Assembly: GCA_029882355.1 (NCBI GenBank)
Contig: JAOUKV010000009.1
Span: 14,807 to 78,806, forward strand
Direction of reading: 5' to 3'
Source of the DNA: Gammaproteobacteria bacterium
Lineage (GTDB): Bacteria; Pseudomonadota; Gammaproteobacteria; SZUA-229
DNA: 64,000 nucleotides
Below, in pieces: positions 1 through 11,751 of the stretch (position 1 is its first letter; each line of letters starts with the position of its first letter). Position numbers and translations under genes: made by a program. The notes beneath the pieces are model-generated. The model was not told where the DNA came from. It made no database searches and was given only the letters and a program-made list of their open reading frames with translations.

Positions 1-449
1 TTTTTAAAATAATCAATCCGCATCGCATCCGGTAAAGCTATCATTGAAGCGCGGTCATAAATATCGGTTACACCTTTAAGATCGTCGGTAACAAGATCGA
101 AGAAGTCACCCTGTACAATTTCAATGCTGGCCTGAGCCTGCTTTGCGGCAGAAACATACCGATTAAAAAGTGGTTCTTTTATAATTTGGTATTCTAAATC
201 ATGTGTTTCAAAAAATGCCTTAACGGCTATTTCACTGCATTCGTTGCCCAGCACTTGATAACCGTTCTGAGCCAACCAGAGCATATCCACTGATTTACCG
301 CATAAAGGCACAAAAACTTTTAGTGCCTGACGTTTTTCCAGTGGCGCGCCCTTGTCGCCATAAAAGTGAGCAAGATAGGGATTCAATTGTTCCTGATGAA
401 AACCTGTCTCACCTTTCTGCCAACGTTCAAGCCAAAAGTCCTGCTGCAT
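1..449 (-). CDS. tpm: Thiopurine S-methyltransferase (TPMT family), 3' end runs off the window
   Basis: Not in the ORF track. Manual translation from ATG at 449: MQQDFWLERWQKGETGFHQEQLNPYL...KVFVPLCGKSVDMLWLAQNGYQVLGNECSEIAV, with the TPMT signatures W..RW....GFH and VFVPLCGKS.D. Confidence 0.92.
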   Translation of the reverse strand, partial: MQQDFWLERWQKGETGFHQEQLNPYLAHFYGDKGAPLEKRQALKVFVPLCGKSVDMLWLAQNGYQVLGNECSEIAVKAFFETHDLEYQIIKEPLFNRYVSAAKQAQASIEIVQGDFFDLVTDDLKGVTDIYDRASMIALPDAMRIDYFK

Positions 450-450
450 A

Positions 451-726
451 TTATTCAGGCTTCCAGATTCCGAATGAACCTTCCTGCGGTGCCTGTGGCT
501 TATTATCACTTTCAACCTGTTTCACAACCTGTGCCATAAAACCAGACAGATCAGCAATAAGTTCTGGTTTATCTAAACCTGGTTGCGTTTGATGCGCCAT
601 AACAAAACCGGTGACGGCGGTCAGATACTGCATAAACAGCATGTCATTGTCGGCTTCTGCATCATGTTCTGCGACAACAGCCTGAAGCCTGGAAACTAAT
701 TCGGAAGATAATTGGATACCGCTCAT
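451..726 (-). CDS. Hypothetical protein, probably co-transcribed with tpm
   Basis: 91-aa ORF with natural composition; ends 1 nt before the tpm start; C-terminal FGIWKP. Confidence 0.75.
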   Translation of the reverse strand: MSGIQLSSELVSRLQAVVAEHDAEADNDMLFMQYLTAVTGFVMAHQTQPGLDKPELIADLSGFMAQVVKQVESDNKPQAPQEGSFGIWKPE

Positions 727-798
727 TTTCTGTGTACTCGTGTTATATTCAGGGTGTTAAATTCTAATTGATTCTGACTAATTATTCTTGGCTATGAT

Positions 799-1113
799 AT
801 GTACAAACTCTGTTTTTATGTCCCTGAAAACGCTACGGAATTGGTAAAAAACGCCCTTTTTAAAGCGGGTGCCGGAAGAATCGGTGATTATGACTCATGT
901 TGCTGGCAAACCTCTGGTATTGGCCAGTTTCGGCCTCTGATCAACAGTAATCCAACTATTGGTGAAATAGGTCAAATTGAGAAGGTCGTGGAAATCAAAG
1001 TTGAAATGGTTTGTGATGACAAATTCATCAATGCCGTCATTGAAGCATTAAAAAAGGCGCACCCTTATGAAGAGCCCGCCTTTGATGTCTGCAAGATGGA
1101 GAATTTCAAATAA
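799..1113 (+). CDS. YqfO/NIF3-related stand-alone PII-like domain protein
   Basis: KL.FYVP...ALFKAGAGRIGDYDSC...GQFRP...AHPYEEPAFD motifs. Confidence 0.88.
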   Translation: MYKLCFYVPENATELVKNALFKAGAGRIGDYDSCCWQTSGIGQFRPLINSNPTIGEIGQIEKVVEIKVEMVCDDKFINAVIEALKKAHPYEEPAFDVCKMENFK

Positions 1114-1117
1114 AGAC

Positions 1118-1888
1118 CTAGCGAACCCAACCACGCTCACTGGCAGCTAAGAAATCCATCAAATACTTAACATCATTATGTTCTTTAGCCAGCTCATTGG
1201 CTTTCTCAACCGCTTCCTTGTGTGAACATTTTGACTTAACCAGGATTTTAAACGTTTCCTGCAATGCACGTATTGACTCTGTGCTAAAACCACGACGTTT
1301 CAAGCCTTCTTTATTAATGCCAAATGCACGCGCCCTGTTACCCGCAATGGTGAAATAAGGCAGAACATCACGATCAATCGCAGTAGCAAAACCAGAGAAG
1401 CTGTGTGCGCCGATACGTGTAAACTGATGTACCGTTGAATAGCCACCAAGAATCGCGTGATCTTCAATGCGTACGTGCCCTGCAAGGGCCACAGCGTTAG
1501 CGAGTATTACGTTATTGCCAATTCGGCAATCGTGCGCTACATGGCAGGATGTCATAAACAAATTATCATTTCCGATCGAAGTTACACCTTTGTCATCGAT
1601 GGTGCCACGATTCATAGTGACGTATTCACGTATGCGGTTACGGTCACCTATTTCTAATCGTGTTGGTTCGCCGTCATATTTCAAATCCTGAGGTTGCTCA
1701 CCAATCGAGGCAAACTGAAAGATATGATTGTCCTTACCTATTTTCGTTGGACCTTTAATGACTACGTGCGGCTCGATCACCGTACCTGAATCAATTTCAA
1801 CACCAGCTTCAATAACGCAAAAGGGCCCGATTGAAACATCATCTGCAATGATGGCAGATGGATCAACAATGGCGTGAGAGTGAATCAC
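1118..1888 (-). CDS. lpxA: Acyl-ACP--UDP-N-acetylglucosamine O-acyltransferase
   Basis: Hexapeptide repeats, PQDLKY, HVAHDC, LAGHV motifs; follows fabZ. Confidence 0.98.
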   Translation of the reverse strand: MIHSHAIVDPSAIIADDVSIGPFCVIEAGVEIDSGTVIEPHVVIKGPTKIGKDNHIFQFASIGEQPQDLKYDGEPTRLEIGDRNRIREYVTMNRGTIDDKGVTSIGNDNLFMTSCHVAHDCRIGNNVILANAVALAGHVRIEDHAILGGYSTVHQFTRIGAHSFSGFATAIDRDVLPYFTIAGNRARAFGINKEGLKRRGFSTESIRALQETFKILVKSKCSHKEAVEKANELAKEHNDVKYLMDFLAASERGWVR

Positions 1889-1894
1889 TTGAAT

Positions 1895-2341
1895 TTATTC
1901 CTTTTCTTTAGCTGCACACAGTAAATCGGCTGTGGTCACGATATTACCATCAACACTTGCCTCAACATAGAACTTCCAGATAACCTTGGATTGACGCTTT
2001 ACTATCGCTTTCAACATGAGTTGATCACCAGGAACAACCTGACGTTTGAAACGAACGTTATCGACACCTACCAGCATGTAAAGCAAATCATCGCTGGGTT
2101 CTTCGCTCATGGTTTTAAAACCTAGCAAACCTGTTGCCTGAGCCAGCGCTTCGATAATAAGCACACCTGGCATAATTGGTGTTTCAGGAAAATGACCATT
2201 AAAAAATGGTTCATTAACCGATACATTTTTTATTGCAGTGAGTGTTTCGCCTGGAGTACATTCGAGCACACGATCAATCAACAAAAATGGATAACGGTGC
2301 GGAAGGAAACGCCGAATCTCTTCAATATACATTTCACTCAC
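1895..2341 (-). CDS. fabZ: 3-hydroxyacyl-ACP dehydratase
   Basis: [34 protein letters not shown]. Confidence 0.98.
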   Translation of the reverse strand: MSEMYIEEIRRFLPHRYPFLLIDRVLECTPGETLTAIKNVSVNEPFFNGHFPETPIMPGVLIIEALAQATGLLGFKTMSEEPSDDLLYMLVGVDNVRFKRQVVPGDQLMLKAIVKRQSKVIWKFYVEASVDGNIVTTADLLCAAKEKE

Positions 2342-2384
2342 AATTTATCTCCAGTCTAATAAGTTAAAATCATCTAACATTTAA

Positions 2385-3398
2385 TCAGATGATGGTTTTT
2401 TTTTCTAATTTTGCCACGCGCTTCGCCAGTTCATCAAGACGACGAAAACGCGCACTATTTTTACGCCAATTTGCAGTTGTATCCATCGGTGTACTAGATG
2501 AATACGAACCCGATTGAGTGATCGAGCGCGTCACCATGGTTCGACCTGTAATCATTACATTGTCAGTGATGGTTAGATGTTCAACAATACCCACCAGTCC
2601 TCCAATTAAACAGCCACTACCAATATGCGTACTTCCTGCTATCGCTGTTGCAGCTGAAATCACCGTGTTATCACCAATACTGACACCATGCGCAATCTGT
2701 ATCTGGTTATCCAGCTTTACGCCGTTGCCAATGATAGTATTTTCCAGCGCACCTCTATCGATCGTTGTATTGGCTCCGATTTCGACATTGTTACCAATAT
2801 GGACACTGCCAATCTGGGGTATCTTTAAATACCCCTCACCATCCTTAACAAAACCGAATCCATCAGCACCCAGAACAACGCCAGAATGAATAATGCAATT
2901 ATCACCAATTTCACAACCGTAGCCGATCGTTACATTTGCATTAATGCGCGTATTTGAACCGATGACAACATCATCCTCAATCACGCACCCAGCTTCGATC
3001 TGTGAACCAGCACCGATTCTGGCGCCTGCTGAGACAAAAACACCAGCCGCTATAGTCGCCGTTTTATCGATATTGGCTGATTCCGCAACAATAGCACTTG
3101 CACTTATACCTGGTTCAGACTTTTTCGGTGGATACAAAAGATTAGCCACTTTTGCATAAACCAGTCTTGGATTATCCGTAACCAGAGCAGGTACAGGACA
3201 CACGTCCAGAAACTCAGGTTTTATAATCAGAGCTGAAGCCCTGGTTACCGACAAATATTCAACGTACCGGGGATTTGAAATAAAGGCAATTTCACCGGAA
3301 AGCGCTGAACTAATTTCAGCAATACTTTCTATCAGGCAATCTTCACCGACAAGCTTACAACCTGTTCGTTCTGCAAGTTCTAACAAGCGGTATTGCAT
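2385..3398 (-). CDS. lpxD: UDP-3-O-(3-hydroxyacyl)glucosamine N-acyltransferase
   Basis: Hexapeptide repeats, GADGFGF, IGANTTIDRGAL, KLDNQIQIAH. Confidence 0.98.
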   Translation of the reverse strand: MQYRLLELAERTGCKLVGEDCLIESIAEISSALSGEIAFISNPRYVEYLSVTRASALIIKPEFLDVCPVPALVTDNPRLVYAKVANLLYPPKKSEPGISASAIVAESANIDKTATIAAGVFVSAGARIGAGSQIEAGCVIEDDVVIGSNTRINANVTIGYGCEIGDNCIIHSGVVLGADGFGFVKDGEGYLKIPQIGSVHIGNNVEIGANTTIDRGALENTIIGNGVKLDNQIQIAHGVSIGDNTVISAATAIAGSTHIGSGCLIGGLVGIVEHLTITDNVMITGRTMVTRSITQSGSYSSSTPMDTTANWRKNSARFRRLDELAKRVAKLEKKTII

Positions 3399-3405
3399 TA
3401 CGTTT

Positions 3406-3924
3406 TTATTTCTTCTTAAATTCTTTTTTCATTCTATCAAGAATAATATCTGTAATATCAAGCTTGTCTGCAGCAAATACCACGCCTTCGCTTAGAATCA
3501 AATCATATTTATCTTTTTTTGCAACATCGTTAATAATGTCACGAATAGCTTTTTGTAACACAGCCAATTCCTGATTACGCATTGTTGATACTTCCTGATT
3601 CAACGTTGTTTCCATTTGTTTAAACATTTGAACCTTACCAATCAGTTTGGTTTTTAGCTCATTCAACTTGTCTTCAGTCATAACAAGTTCATTACGTTTG
3701 TAATTTTCCTGCATGGATTTAATTTCTTTTTCTAAATCCTGCAACTCCTGTTTTTTACCGCCAAATCGTTCCATCATTGCAGTATTAACAGCTTCAACCT
3801 GTGGAGCCTGAGTTAATAACTTTTCAACTCCAACAAAACCGATTTTAAGTTCACTTGCTGCCATAGCATTAGTGCAAGCAGTCATTACAAACAGAGTTAC
3901 TATTATAATTTTTTTCATTACCAT
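3406..3924 (-). CDS. skp: Periplasmic chaperone Skp/OmpH (start could be 3918)
   Basis: Signal peptide, KIGFV, coiled coil, YDLIL...DITD; position between bamA and lpxD. Confidence 0.93.
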   Translation of the reverse strand: MVMKKIIIVTLFVMTACTNAMAASELKIGFVGVEKLLTQAPQVEAVNTAMMERFGGKKQELQDLEKEIKSMQENYKRNELVMTEDKLNELKTKLIGKVQMFKQMETTLNQEVSTMRNQELAVLQKAIRDIINDVAKKDKYDLILSEGVVFAADKLDITDIILDRMKKEFKKK

Positions 3925-3931
3925 TATCTCC

Positions 3932-6271
3932 TTAAAAGAAAGAACCTATACTAAATTGAAACACTCTTAAATCATCATCTTCAACATCATTCAGCGCCTT
4001 AGCCCAACTAAAACGCAAAGGCCCAATCGGTGCCAGCCAGACTAATGAAAGCCCTGTTGATGTACGCAATTCCTCTCCCGAAAAACCTACTTCTGACGCA
4101 TTAAATGTCGGAGCTGTATCAAGGAAGACATTACCAATATCATAAAAAGCACTAAACCTCACCGATGTAGGTGGCTTATCTACGAAGGGTATCGGAAAAA
4201 TAAGATCTGCGCCAGCCGTGACACGCATATTTCCACCGATAGGGTTACCATAATCATCACGAGGGCCTAATGAATTGGAGTCATACCCTCTAACCGTGCG
4301 CAAGCCACCAGCAAAATATCGCTCATAGAATGGCAAAGAATCTAAATCAGCATAACCATTACCGTAGCCCAAATTAGTTCTTAATAATAAAGTTAAATCG
4401 TCAGTCAGACCAAAATATAGTTTTGTCAAATAACTGACCTTATAAAACTCCAGATCACTACCAGGTGCCGACAAATTTATCCCAACAGTTTGTGAGCTAC
4501 CCCTTGTCGCAAATACTGTTCTATTACGTGTGTCATAAGTATAACTGGCATTAAGCAAAAAGTTATTATAACTATCGCCATGCACATTGACAAAATCATT
4601 AGCTTCAAGCGATGGATTGACACTCGATAGCGTTAGCTCAACACGGCTCAGGCCATAACCTAATCGCAGGGTTGAATATTCTGTTAGCGGAATACCATAG
4701 TTGACATTAGCGCTATAAGAATCAGTTTTGAAATCATTAATCTCTTCTTCTGCCGCATCCCTTTTTGCATAAGACAAACTGATAGTACGACTGACACCAT
4801 CAATTGTATGATAAGGGTCTGTAAATGAAATATTGTAAACCGTATTGGCTGAATCAGTGTTGACATTAACCGCAAGACGCTGACCTGTACCCATTAGATT
4901 TTCCTGAGTCAGCCCAACATTAAATAAAACTCCCTGAGTTTGAGAGTAACCAGCTCCAATATTAAAACTACCAGACAAACGTTCCTCTACGCTAATTTCG
5001 AGATCTACCATGTCGTCAGTACCAGGAACAGGCCTGGTTTCTACATCAACATTTTCCAGGTAACTCAGTCGCTGCAAACGAATCTTTGAACGTTCAAGCT
5101 TATCACTGGCGAGAATTGATCCTTCCATTAACCTGATTTCTCTCCTTAGTACCTCTTCATGGGTTCTAAAATTACCATGGAAATTGATATTTCTTACATG
5201 GGTTTTATTACCAGGCACCAATTGATAAGTTAAATCAATGGTTTTTGTCTGCTCATCAACTTCAGGAACAATTTTTACTTTAGCAAAGGCATAACCTACT
5301 TTTCCAAGGCGATCTTCTAGATTTTTCTGGGTAGACGTCATCAGTTTCCTCGAAAAAACCTTGCCTGATTCAGTCAAAATAAGAGCATTTAAAACATCCT
5401 TGTCAACCACCATGGTTCCGACCAGTGCAACCTTACCGACGCTATACTGATCCCCCTCTTCCACATTAATGGTGATATAAATATCTTTTTTATCAGGTGT
5501 AATCGACACCTGCGTCGAATCGGCAGAAAACTTGATATAACCACGATCAAGATAATAAGAACGTAAAGTTTCTAAATCAGCATTAAGTTTTGGCTTTGAA
5601 TATTCATCTGCATCTGAAAAAACAGCAAACGAGCTCGGAATACCTAACTGTAATTCACCCAATAAAAGATCATCATCAAACTTCTTGTTGCCAATGATAT
5701 TTATTTGTTTGATTAAGGCAATTCGTCCTTCAGATATTTCAATATTAATATCTACGCGATTTTGATCAAGCTCAGTAATTTCAGTTTCAATGCGAATACC
5801 GTATTTTCCCTGACTAAAATAAACCCGCTCTAGTTCTTGCGTCAATTTTTCAAGCAAAGAACGATTGTAAATACGACCCTGAACAATACCAATATCTTCT
5901 AGAGCGCCTTCCAGTGTCTTACTATCTATATCTGAATTACCCGAAAAATTAACTTCCGATATTGAAGGCCGCTCCTTAACTTTTACAATCAGAACATCAC
6001 CATCTCTATACAGCTGAACATCTGCAAAGAAACCTGTTTTATATAACTCCTTAATAGAGAAAACGACCTGCTTATCATCCATTGGGTCACCTACCTGTAC
6101 GGGTAGATAATTTAACAAGGTGCCGTCAGGTAATCGCTCCAAACCTTCAATTCGAATATCAGTAATAATAAAATTTTCAGCAGACCATGTAACCCCTGAG
6201 ACCATTAACAGATGTGCCAGAAAAAAAATTCTGACCAATGTGGAACTTAAATTAAAGCTAAAAGACATCAT
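3932..6271 (-). CDS. bamA: Outer membrane protein assembly factor BamA
   Basis: POTRA repeats (DIRIEGLER, LYKTGFF, LRREIR), VRGY loop, terminal FQFSIGSFF. Confidence 0.98.
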   Translation of the reverse strand: MMSFSFNLSSTLVRIFFLAHLLMVSGVTWSAENFIITDIRIEGLERLPDGTLLNYLPVQVGDPMDDKQVVFSIKELYKTGFFADVQLYRDGDVLIVKVKERPSISEVNFSGNSDIDSKTLEGALEDIGIVQGRIYNRSLLEKLTQELERVYFSQGKYGIRIETEITELDQNRVDINIEISEGRIALIKQINIIGNKKFDDDLLLGELQLGIPSSFAVFSDADEYSKPKLNADLETLRSYYLDRGYIKFSADSTQVSITPDKKDIYITINVEEGDQYSVGKVALVGTMVVDKDVLNALILTESGKVFSRKLMTSTQKNLEDRLGKVGYAFAKVKIVPEVDEQTKTIDLTYQLVPGNKTHVRNINFHGNFRTHEEVLRREIRLMEGSILASDKLERSKIRLQRLSYLENVDVETRPVPGTDDMVDLEISVEERLSGSFNIGAGYSQTQGVLFNVGLTQENLMGTGQRLAVNVNTDSANTVYNISFTDPYHTIDGVSRTISLSYAKRDAAEEEINDFKTDSYSANVNYGIPLTEYSTLRLGYGLSRVELTLSSVNPSLEANDFVNVHGDSYNNFLLNASYTYDTRNRTVFATRGSSQTVGINLSAPGSDLEFYKVSYLTKLYFGLTDDLTLLLRTNLGYGNGYADLDSLPFYERYFAGGLRTVRGYDSNSLGPRDDYGNPIGGNMRVTAGADLIFPIPFVDKPPTSVRFSAFYDIGNVFLDTAPTFNASEVGFSGEELRTSTGLSLVWLAPIGPLRFSWAKALNDVEDDDLRVFQFSIGSFF

Positions 6272-7635
6272 TACATAAACCGCTGAAAATCATTATAAAA
6301 GGCAATTATCATTAACGCCGCAAGTATGACAATACCAACTTGCTGCGCCCGTAGTTCAAAAGCTTCAGATACTGGTGAACCTTTTATAGCTTCAATTAAA
6401 TAATAAAATAAATGGCCACCATCAAGCATAGGAATAGGAAATAAATTTAAAACACCTAAACTCACTGAGATAATTGCCAAAAAACCAATAAATGTAGATA
6501 AACCAATATCTGCTGTCACACCTGCATATTTTGCAATGGTAACTGGCCCTGATATATTGCTCAAAGAGGCCTCACCAACAATCATTTTCCATATAACTCT
6601 TACTGTTAGCTTCGACATATCCCATGTCTTCACGATAGCTGCAGGTACGGCTGAAAAGACATCGTACTCAATATCAACAAATAATTTATCTTTAAACTCT
6701 TGCGGTATTTCCTGATAAGCACCGATAAAACCTTTGCTTTCACCATTTTTTTCTTTTGAGCCTGGAATTACTACGATAGTTTTTTCTTGCCCATCACGAA
6801 GCACAACAAAATTGATTGGAACTCCCTGCCCAATCTCTACACGATCAACTAGCTCGCTCCAATGATTAATAGTCGCATCATCAAGCGTGAGCAGACGATC
6901 ACCCTTCTTTAAACCAGCCTGTTCAGCTGGTCCATCTTTGATCACACCACCAATAACTGCTGGAAATTCTGGCCGCCAGTGATTAAAGCCTAAGTCTGCC
7001 ATGACATCAGACTCATGTTCTAGCAACTGAGTACCCGTCAGATCAACAAGCCTGTTTTTAATCAACCCATCGACGCTCTTAACCTGCACATCGAGTGTGC
7101 CGCCATCAAGGCCCTGATCAAGTACTATCAGATTAAAATCTGACCATGATACTACCGTGTCATCACCCACTTTTAATATTTCATCTTGATTTTCAAAACC
7201 CGACAAAGCCGCTATCGAATTCTCAGGGGGGGTTCCAAGCAATGCTCTTTCAACTGTGAGGCCAGATAAGAAAACAAACCAGTAAAGAATAACGGCAAGA
7301 ACAAGATTAAATACCGGACCAGCTGCAACGATGATAGTACGTGACAGTAATGGTTGTGTATTAAAAGCATAAGGTTTATCTTCTTCAGCGACCTCCGCTT
7401 CTCGCTCATCCAGCATTTTTACATAACCACCGAGCGGAATGGCTGCAATCACATATTCAATAGTCTTACCATCGACCTTGCGAGTCCAGGTATACAACGA
7501 CCGGCCAAAGCCGATAGAGAAACGCAGCACTCTTACGCCCAATTTTCGCGCTGCCCAATAATGTCCAAACTCGTGAATAGACACCAAAATAGCAATAGCT
7601 ATTATGAAAAATAAAAGATTATGTAAGATGCCCAT
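6271..7635 (-). CDS. rseP: RIP metalloprotease RseP
   Basis: HEFGH zinc motif, PLGGYVKM, PDZ domains, NLFPIPMLDGG. Confidence 0.98.
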   Translation of the reverse strand: MGILHNLLFFIIAIAILVSIHEFGHYWAARKLGVRVLRFSIGFGRSLYTWTRKVDGKTIEYVIAAIPLGGYVKMLDEREAEVAEEDKPYAFNTQPLLSRTIIVAAGPVFNLVLAVILYWFVFLSGLTVERALLGTPPENSIAALSGFENQDEILKVGDDTVVSWSDFNLIVLDQGLDGGTLDVQVKSVDGLIKNRLVDLTGTQLLEHESDVMADLGFNHWRPEFPAVIGGVIKDGPAEQAGLKKGDRLLTLDDATINHWSELVDRVEIGQGVPINFVVLRDGQEKTIVVIPGSKEKNGESKGFIGAYQEIPQEFKDKLFVDIEYDVFSAVPAAIVKTWDMSKLTVRVIWKMIVGEASLSNISGPVTIAKYAGVTADIGLSTFIGFLAIISVSLGVLNLFPIPMLDGGHLFYYLIEAIKGSPVSEAFELRAQQVGIVILAALMIIAFYNDFQRFM

Positions 7636-7637
7636 AT

Positions 7638-8828
7638 TTATAATTGTTGTTTTTTGGCTATATGTTCGTTGGCCATGTTTCTGGCCTCATTATCTGCAGC
7701 TAAAATAGATTCTATGCTTGTCACATCTTCATTAATTGTCATGCTTTCAAGTGACTGTTCAATTACATCAGCTATGTCAGTGTAAGCAATTTTATTCTCT
7801 AAAAATGACGCTACCGCAACTTCATTAGCCGCGTTTAAAATTATGCTGGCTGTACCACCCATGCGTATAGCTTCATAACAAAGTCTCAAGCACGGGAAGC
7901 GTTGAAAATCAGGTTTTTCAAACTCCAGTTTTGCGACCTCAAATAAATCAAGAGGTTCAACTCCTGATACCATACGATCAGGAAAAGCTAAGGCGTGGGC
8001 AATGGGGGTGCGCATATCGGGATTACCCAGCTGCGCCAGGACTGAACCATCTGCATAGGAGACCATTGAATGAATGACACTCTGTGGATGCACAACAACT
8101 TCGATATCATCCAGAGCCACTCCAAATAACCAATGCGCCTCAATAACCTCCAAACCCTTATTCATCAGCGTTGATGAATCGACTGAGATCTTTGGTCCCA
8201 TCTCCCAATTAGGGTGATTCATCGCCTGCTCTGATGTTACTGAAACCAATTGTTCGTTTGTGAAGGTACGAAATGGACCACCACTCGCTGTCAGTAAAAT
8301 TTTGTTAATGCCTGCATCATTGGCAGCACTCTTATTCGATGCGGGCATACACTGAAAGATAGCATTGTGTTCGCTATCGACAGGCAATAATTCTGCATTA
8401 TTCTTTGCTACCGCATCCATGAATAGCTGACCCGACATCACCAAAGCTTCTTTGTTAGCCAGTAATATGCGTTTACCTGCTTCAGCTGCAGCCAGGCTCG
8501 GCAACAAACCTGCCGCACCAACAATACCTGCCACCACCGTATCAACATCATCAAGGCTGGCTACCTGACATAAACCCTGCACACCAGACAGTACCTCTGT
8601 CTTAGATCCTTGTTTACGTAAAACATCATTTAACTGCTGCGCGGCAGACTCATCGCACATAACGGCAAACTGCGGATGCCAGCGCAAACATTGCTGAGTC
8701 ATTGACTCAACATCGGTGTTTGCTGTCAGCGCCCTCACCTGATATTTATCTGTATGTCGAGAGATGACACTCAGTGTACTTTTACCAATGCTCCCGGTTG
8801 AACCAAGGATGGTTACAACTCTGGACAT
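7638..8828 (-). CDS. dxr: 1-deoxy-D-xylulose-5-phosphate reductoisomerase
   Basis: [36 protein letters not shown]. Confidence 0.99.
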   Translation of the reverse strand: MSRVVTILGSTGSIGKSTLSVISRHTDKYQVRALTANTDVESMTQQCLRWHPQFAVMCDESAAQQLNDVLRKQGSKTEVLSGVQGLCQVASLDDVDTVVAGIVGAAGLLPSLAAAEAGKRILLANKEALVMSGQLFMDAVAKNNAELLPVDSEHNAIFQCMPASNKSAANDAGINKILLTASGGPFRTFTNEQLVSVTSEQAMNHPNWEMGPKISVDSSTLMNKGLEVIEAHWLFGVALDDIEVVVHPQSVIHSMVSYADGSVLAQLGNPDMRTPIAHALAFPDRMVSGVEPLDLFEVAKLEFEKPDFQRFPCLRLCYEAIRMGGTASIILNAANEVAVASFLENKIAYTDIADVIEQSLESMTINEDVTSIESILAADNEARNMANEHIAKKQQL

Positions 8829-9655
8829 TAGTACAAACCTTTAACTGGCACGACCAACCAGTCAAACATCACAACAAAAACTGGCATAACAGCCAGGACA
8901 CCATCGACACGATCAAGAATACCGCCATGACCAGGTAAAATATTACCACTGTCCTTTATACCCGCTTCACGCTTCAAAAAACTTTCGTACAAATCACCAG
9001 CAACAGAAAGAATCGTAAGCAACAATGACATACCTACCAACATCAACCACTGAGCACCGGTCAACTCAAAATAGTAACCGCCAAGGACGGCATAAACACC
9101 AGTGGCAAACAAAGCACCCCAAAGTCCTTCGAGAGTTTTCCCCGGGCTCACATTAGGCGCCAATTTATTTTTACCGAATCTTTTACCACTAAAATAAGCA
9201 CCACTATCTGCTATCCATACCAGCATCATGCTATATAACAACCACTCTGCACCCTGCTCCGTACCGTGAATAACATACATAGCAACAATGGCTGAAGGCA
9301 CTAACAGAAAACAAACCAGTAATTTTTTTGCAGAAATAACTGAGCCTTTCAATTGTGGCTGTGCAGATTTCAGGAAAACGGGCATTACAAACCACCAGAC
9401 TGAGGCCAGTAGCAACAATATATAAATATACTGAGACAGGTATTCAATACAAAACCAGGAAAAGGCACTGATAAATAAAGCAAACACTGATCGCAATAAA
9501 AATGATTGCACACCACCAAGGCGAGCCCATTCAAAACCGCAGACAAAAGCAACTGGCAACAAAACATATAACAAGGTCGTTGTCGGTTGAAAAAGAATTA
9601 CCCAGATAACAGCCAGCGCTAGTGGAACAGCCGTCAAAATACGATGCAATAACAT
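8828..9655 (-). CDS. cdsA: Phosphatidate cytidylyltransferase
   Basis: Multi-[38 protein letters not shown]. Confidence 0.97.
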   Translation of the reverse strand: MLLHRILTAVPLALAVIWVILFQPTTTLLYVLLPVAFVCGFEWARLGGVQSFLLRSVFALFISAFSWFCIEYLSQYIYILLLLASVWWFVMPVFLKSAQPQLKGSVISAKKLLVCFLLVPSAIVAMYVIHGTEQGAEWLLYSMMLVWIADSGAYFSGKRFGKNKLAPNVSPGKTLEGLWGALFATGVYAVLGGYYFELTGAQWLMLVGMSLLLTILSVAGDLYESFLKREAGIKDSGNILPGHGGILDRVDGVLAVMPVFVVMFDWLVVPVKGLY

Positions 9656-10411
9656 TTATTTAGTCACAGTTTTATTATTGTTAATCTGCGCAGGCGTTTT
9701 ACCGAAACGACGTTGCCGTGTTCCATACCATTCAATCGCCGCTTCCAGGGATTTATTATTAAAGTCAGGCCATAAGGTATCCGTAAAAAAAAGCTCTGTA
9801 TATGCTATTTGCCACAACAGAAAATTACTAATACGGCTCTCGCCACCAGTTCTTATAAAAAGATCAATTTCAGGCAAGCCAGCCAGAGATAATTCACCTG
9901 ATATCAGTGACTCATCGATATCATCAACAGACAAATCCCCAGAAGAAACTTGTTGAGCAATGCGTTTGCAGGCATCCTTAATATCCCAACGACCACCATA
10001 ATTTGCAGCAATCGTTAAGGCTAAACCGGTATTATCAGCAGTCTGCTTTTCAGTTTCGTTAATTACCGATTGCAACTCGTCAGGGAAAGCAGTGCGATCT
10101 CCAATGAATTTGACACGGACATTCTGCTTCTTCAACTTCAGCATTTCGCCTTTCAGTGTCGAAATAAATATCGACATCAAAGCATCCACTTCTTTTTTTG
10201 GCCGACTCCAATTTTCACTACTAAACGCAAAAACCGTTAATGCTTCAATTCCCTGCTGGTCACAATTTTCAACAATGGCACGGGTAGCACTAACGCCAGC
10301 ACGATGACCAGCGCTTCTTGGTAAAAAACGTTTTTTTGCCCATCGTCCATTACCGTCCATTACAACAGCAACATGTTTGGGAATCAGGGAGGAATGATCG
10401 CTTTCGCTCAT
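9656..10411 (-). CDS. uppS: Undecaprenyl diphosphate synthase (start 10411 preferred; ORF open from 10420)
   Basis: HVAVVMDGNGRWA, FSSENWSRP, DLFIRTGGESRISNFLLWQ. Confidence 0.97.
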   Translation of the reverse strand: MSESDHSSLIPKHVAVVMDGNGRWAKKRFLPRSAGHRAGVSATRAIVENCDQQGIEALTVFAFSSENWSRPKKEVDALMSIFISTLKGEMLKLKKQNVRVKFIGDRTAFPDELQSVINETEKQTADNTGLALTIAANYGGRWDIKDACKRIAQQVSSGDLSVDDIDESLISGELSLAGLPEIDLFIRTGGESRISNFLLWQIAYTELFFTDTLWPDFNNKSLEAAIEWYGTRQRRFGKTPAQINNNKTVTK

Positions 10412-10439
10412 CAATAGCACTTTTGTAATAAACTCGCTT

Positions 10440-10997
10440 CTAGACTTCCATTAACTCAGTTTCTTTTTTACTCAGCACATCATCAACTTTAGCCACAAAA
10501 CTATCCGTCAATTTTTGCACTTTATCTTCTGCCTGCCGAGCTTCGTCTTCGGTAATCTCTTTTTCCTTTAATAAGTCTTTAAAATCACTGTTTGCATCGC
10601 GGCGAATATTTCTAATAGCCGTTTTTCCACTTTCAGCTTCTTTTCTTACTACTCGCACTAAATCATGACGACGCTCTTCTGTCAGCTGAGGCATAGGAAT
10701 CCGAATCAGCGTACCAGCAGTAGCAGGATTCAAACCCAAATCAGATTTCATGATGGCTTTTTCAATGGCTTTAACCATATCTTTTTCCCATGGCGAAATC
10801 ATCAGTGTTCTGGCATCTTCTACAGAGATATTAGCTACCTGTGATAAAGGTGTAGCAGCACCGTAGTAATCAACCGTAATATGATCAAGCAAACTTGGGT
10901 GTGCTCGACCTGTTCGAATCTTTGTTAACTCAGTGCGTAAAGACTCAACACTTTTACCCATACGAGTTTCAGCATCTTCAATAATCTCATCGATCAT
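10440..10997 (-). CDS. frr: Ribosome recycling factor
   Basis: [27 protein letters not shown]. Confidence 0.99.
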   Translation of the reverse strand: MIDEIIEDAETRMGKSVESLRTELTKIRTGRAHPSLLDHITVDYYGAATPLSQVANISVEDARTLMISPWEKDMVKAIEKAIMKSDLGLNPATAGTLIRIPMPQLTEERRHDLVRVVRKEAESGKTAIRNIRRDANSDFKDLLKEKEITEDEARQAEDKVQKLTDSFVAKVDDVLSKKETELMEV

Positions 10998-11729
10998 TTA
11001 CTTCTCTCCAATTACAACTTCAGTTCCAATAGACGGATTAACTAAAGCTTCAGGCAAAGCGCCTGCATCATTTAAATTAAAAATACGCAGTGGCAACTTA
11101 TTATCACGACATAAAACCACGGCGGTTGCATCCATAACCTGTAAGTTTTTATCCAGTACTTCGTCATAGCTCAGTTTCTCAAAGCGTTTAGCCGCAGGAT
11201 TCTTTACTGGGTCAGAATCAAACACACCATTCACCTTGGTCGCTTTCATTATAACATCAGCCTTGATTTCTATGGCGCGCAGGCAACCGGCGGTATCGGT
11301 AGTAAAATAAGGATTTCCGGTTCCAGCAGCACAGATCACCACCTTCGAATTTTCAAGATGAGCTATCGCATCACGCTGGGTAAACTCATCACATACTCGT
11401 GGCATGGCCAGTGCCGACATGACCACGGCCGACTGACCAATCTTTTCCAATGCATCCTGCATAGCAAGGCTGTTCATCACCGTCGCCAGCATACCCATGC
11501 TGTCACCCGTGACACGATTCATGCCTGATTCGGCCAGGCCCGCACCGCGGAAGATATTACCACCACCAATAACAATGCCTACCTCAACACCCATTGCGAC
11601 CACTTCTGCTATCTCTTTGGCAACACGATCAATCATGGCTGGATCAATACCATAATCCATCTCACCCATCAGCGCCTCGCCACTAAGTTTGATTAACACT
11701 CTTTTATATAAGATCGATTCTGATGTCAT
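10998..11729 (-). CDS. pyrH: Uridylate kinase
   Basis: [31 protein letters not shown]. Confidence 0.99.
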   Translation of the reverse strand: MTSESILYKRVLIKLSGEALMGEMDYGIDPAMIDRVAKEIAEVVAMGVEVGIVIGGGNIFRGAGLAESGMNRVTGDSMGMLATVMNSLAMQDALEKIGQSAVVMSALAMPRVCDEFTQRDAIAHLENSKVVICAAGTGNPYFTTDTAGCLRAIEIKADVIMKATKVNGVFDSDPVKNPAAKRFEKLSYDEVLDKNLQVMDATAVVLCRDNKLPLRIFNLNDAGALPEALVNPSIGTEVVIGEK

Positions 11730-11751
11730 AACACTACCAAATGGGTTACAT

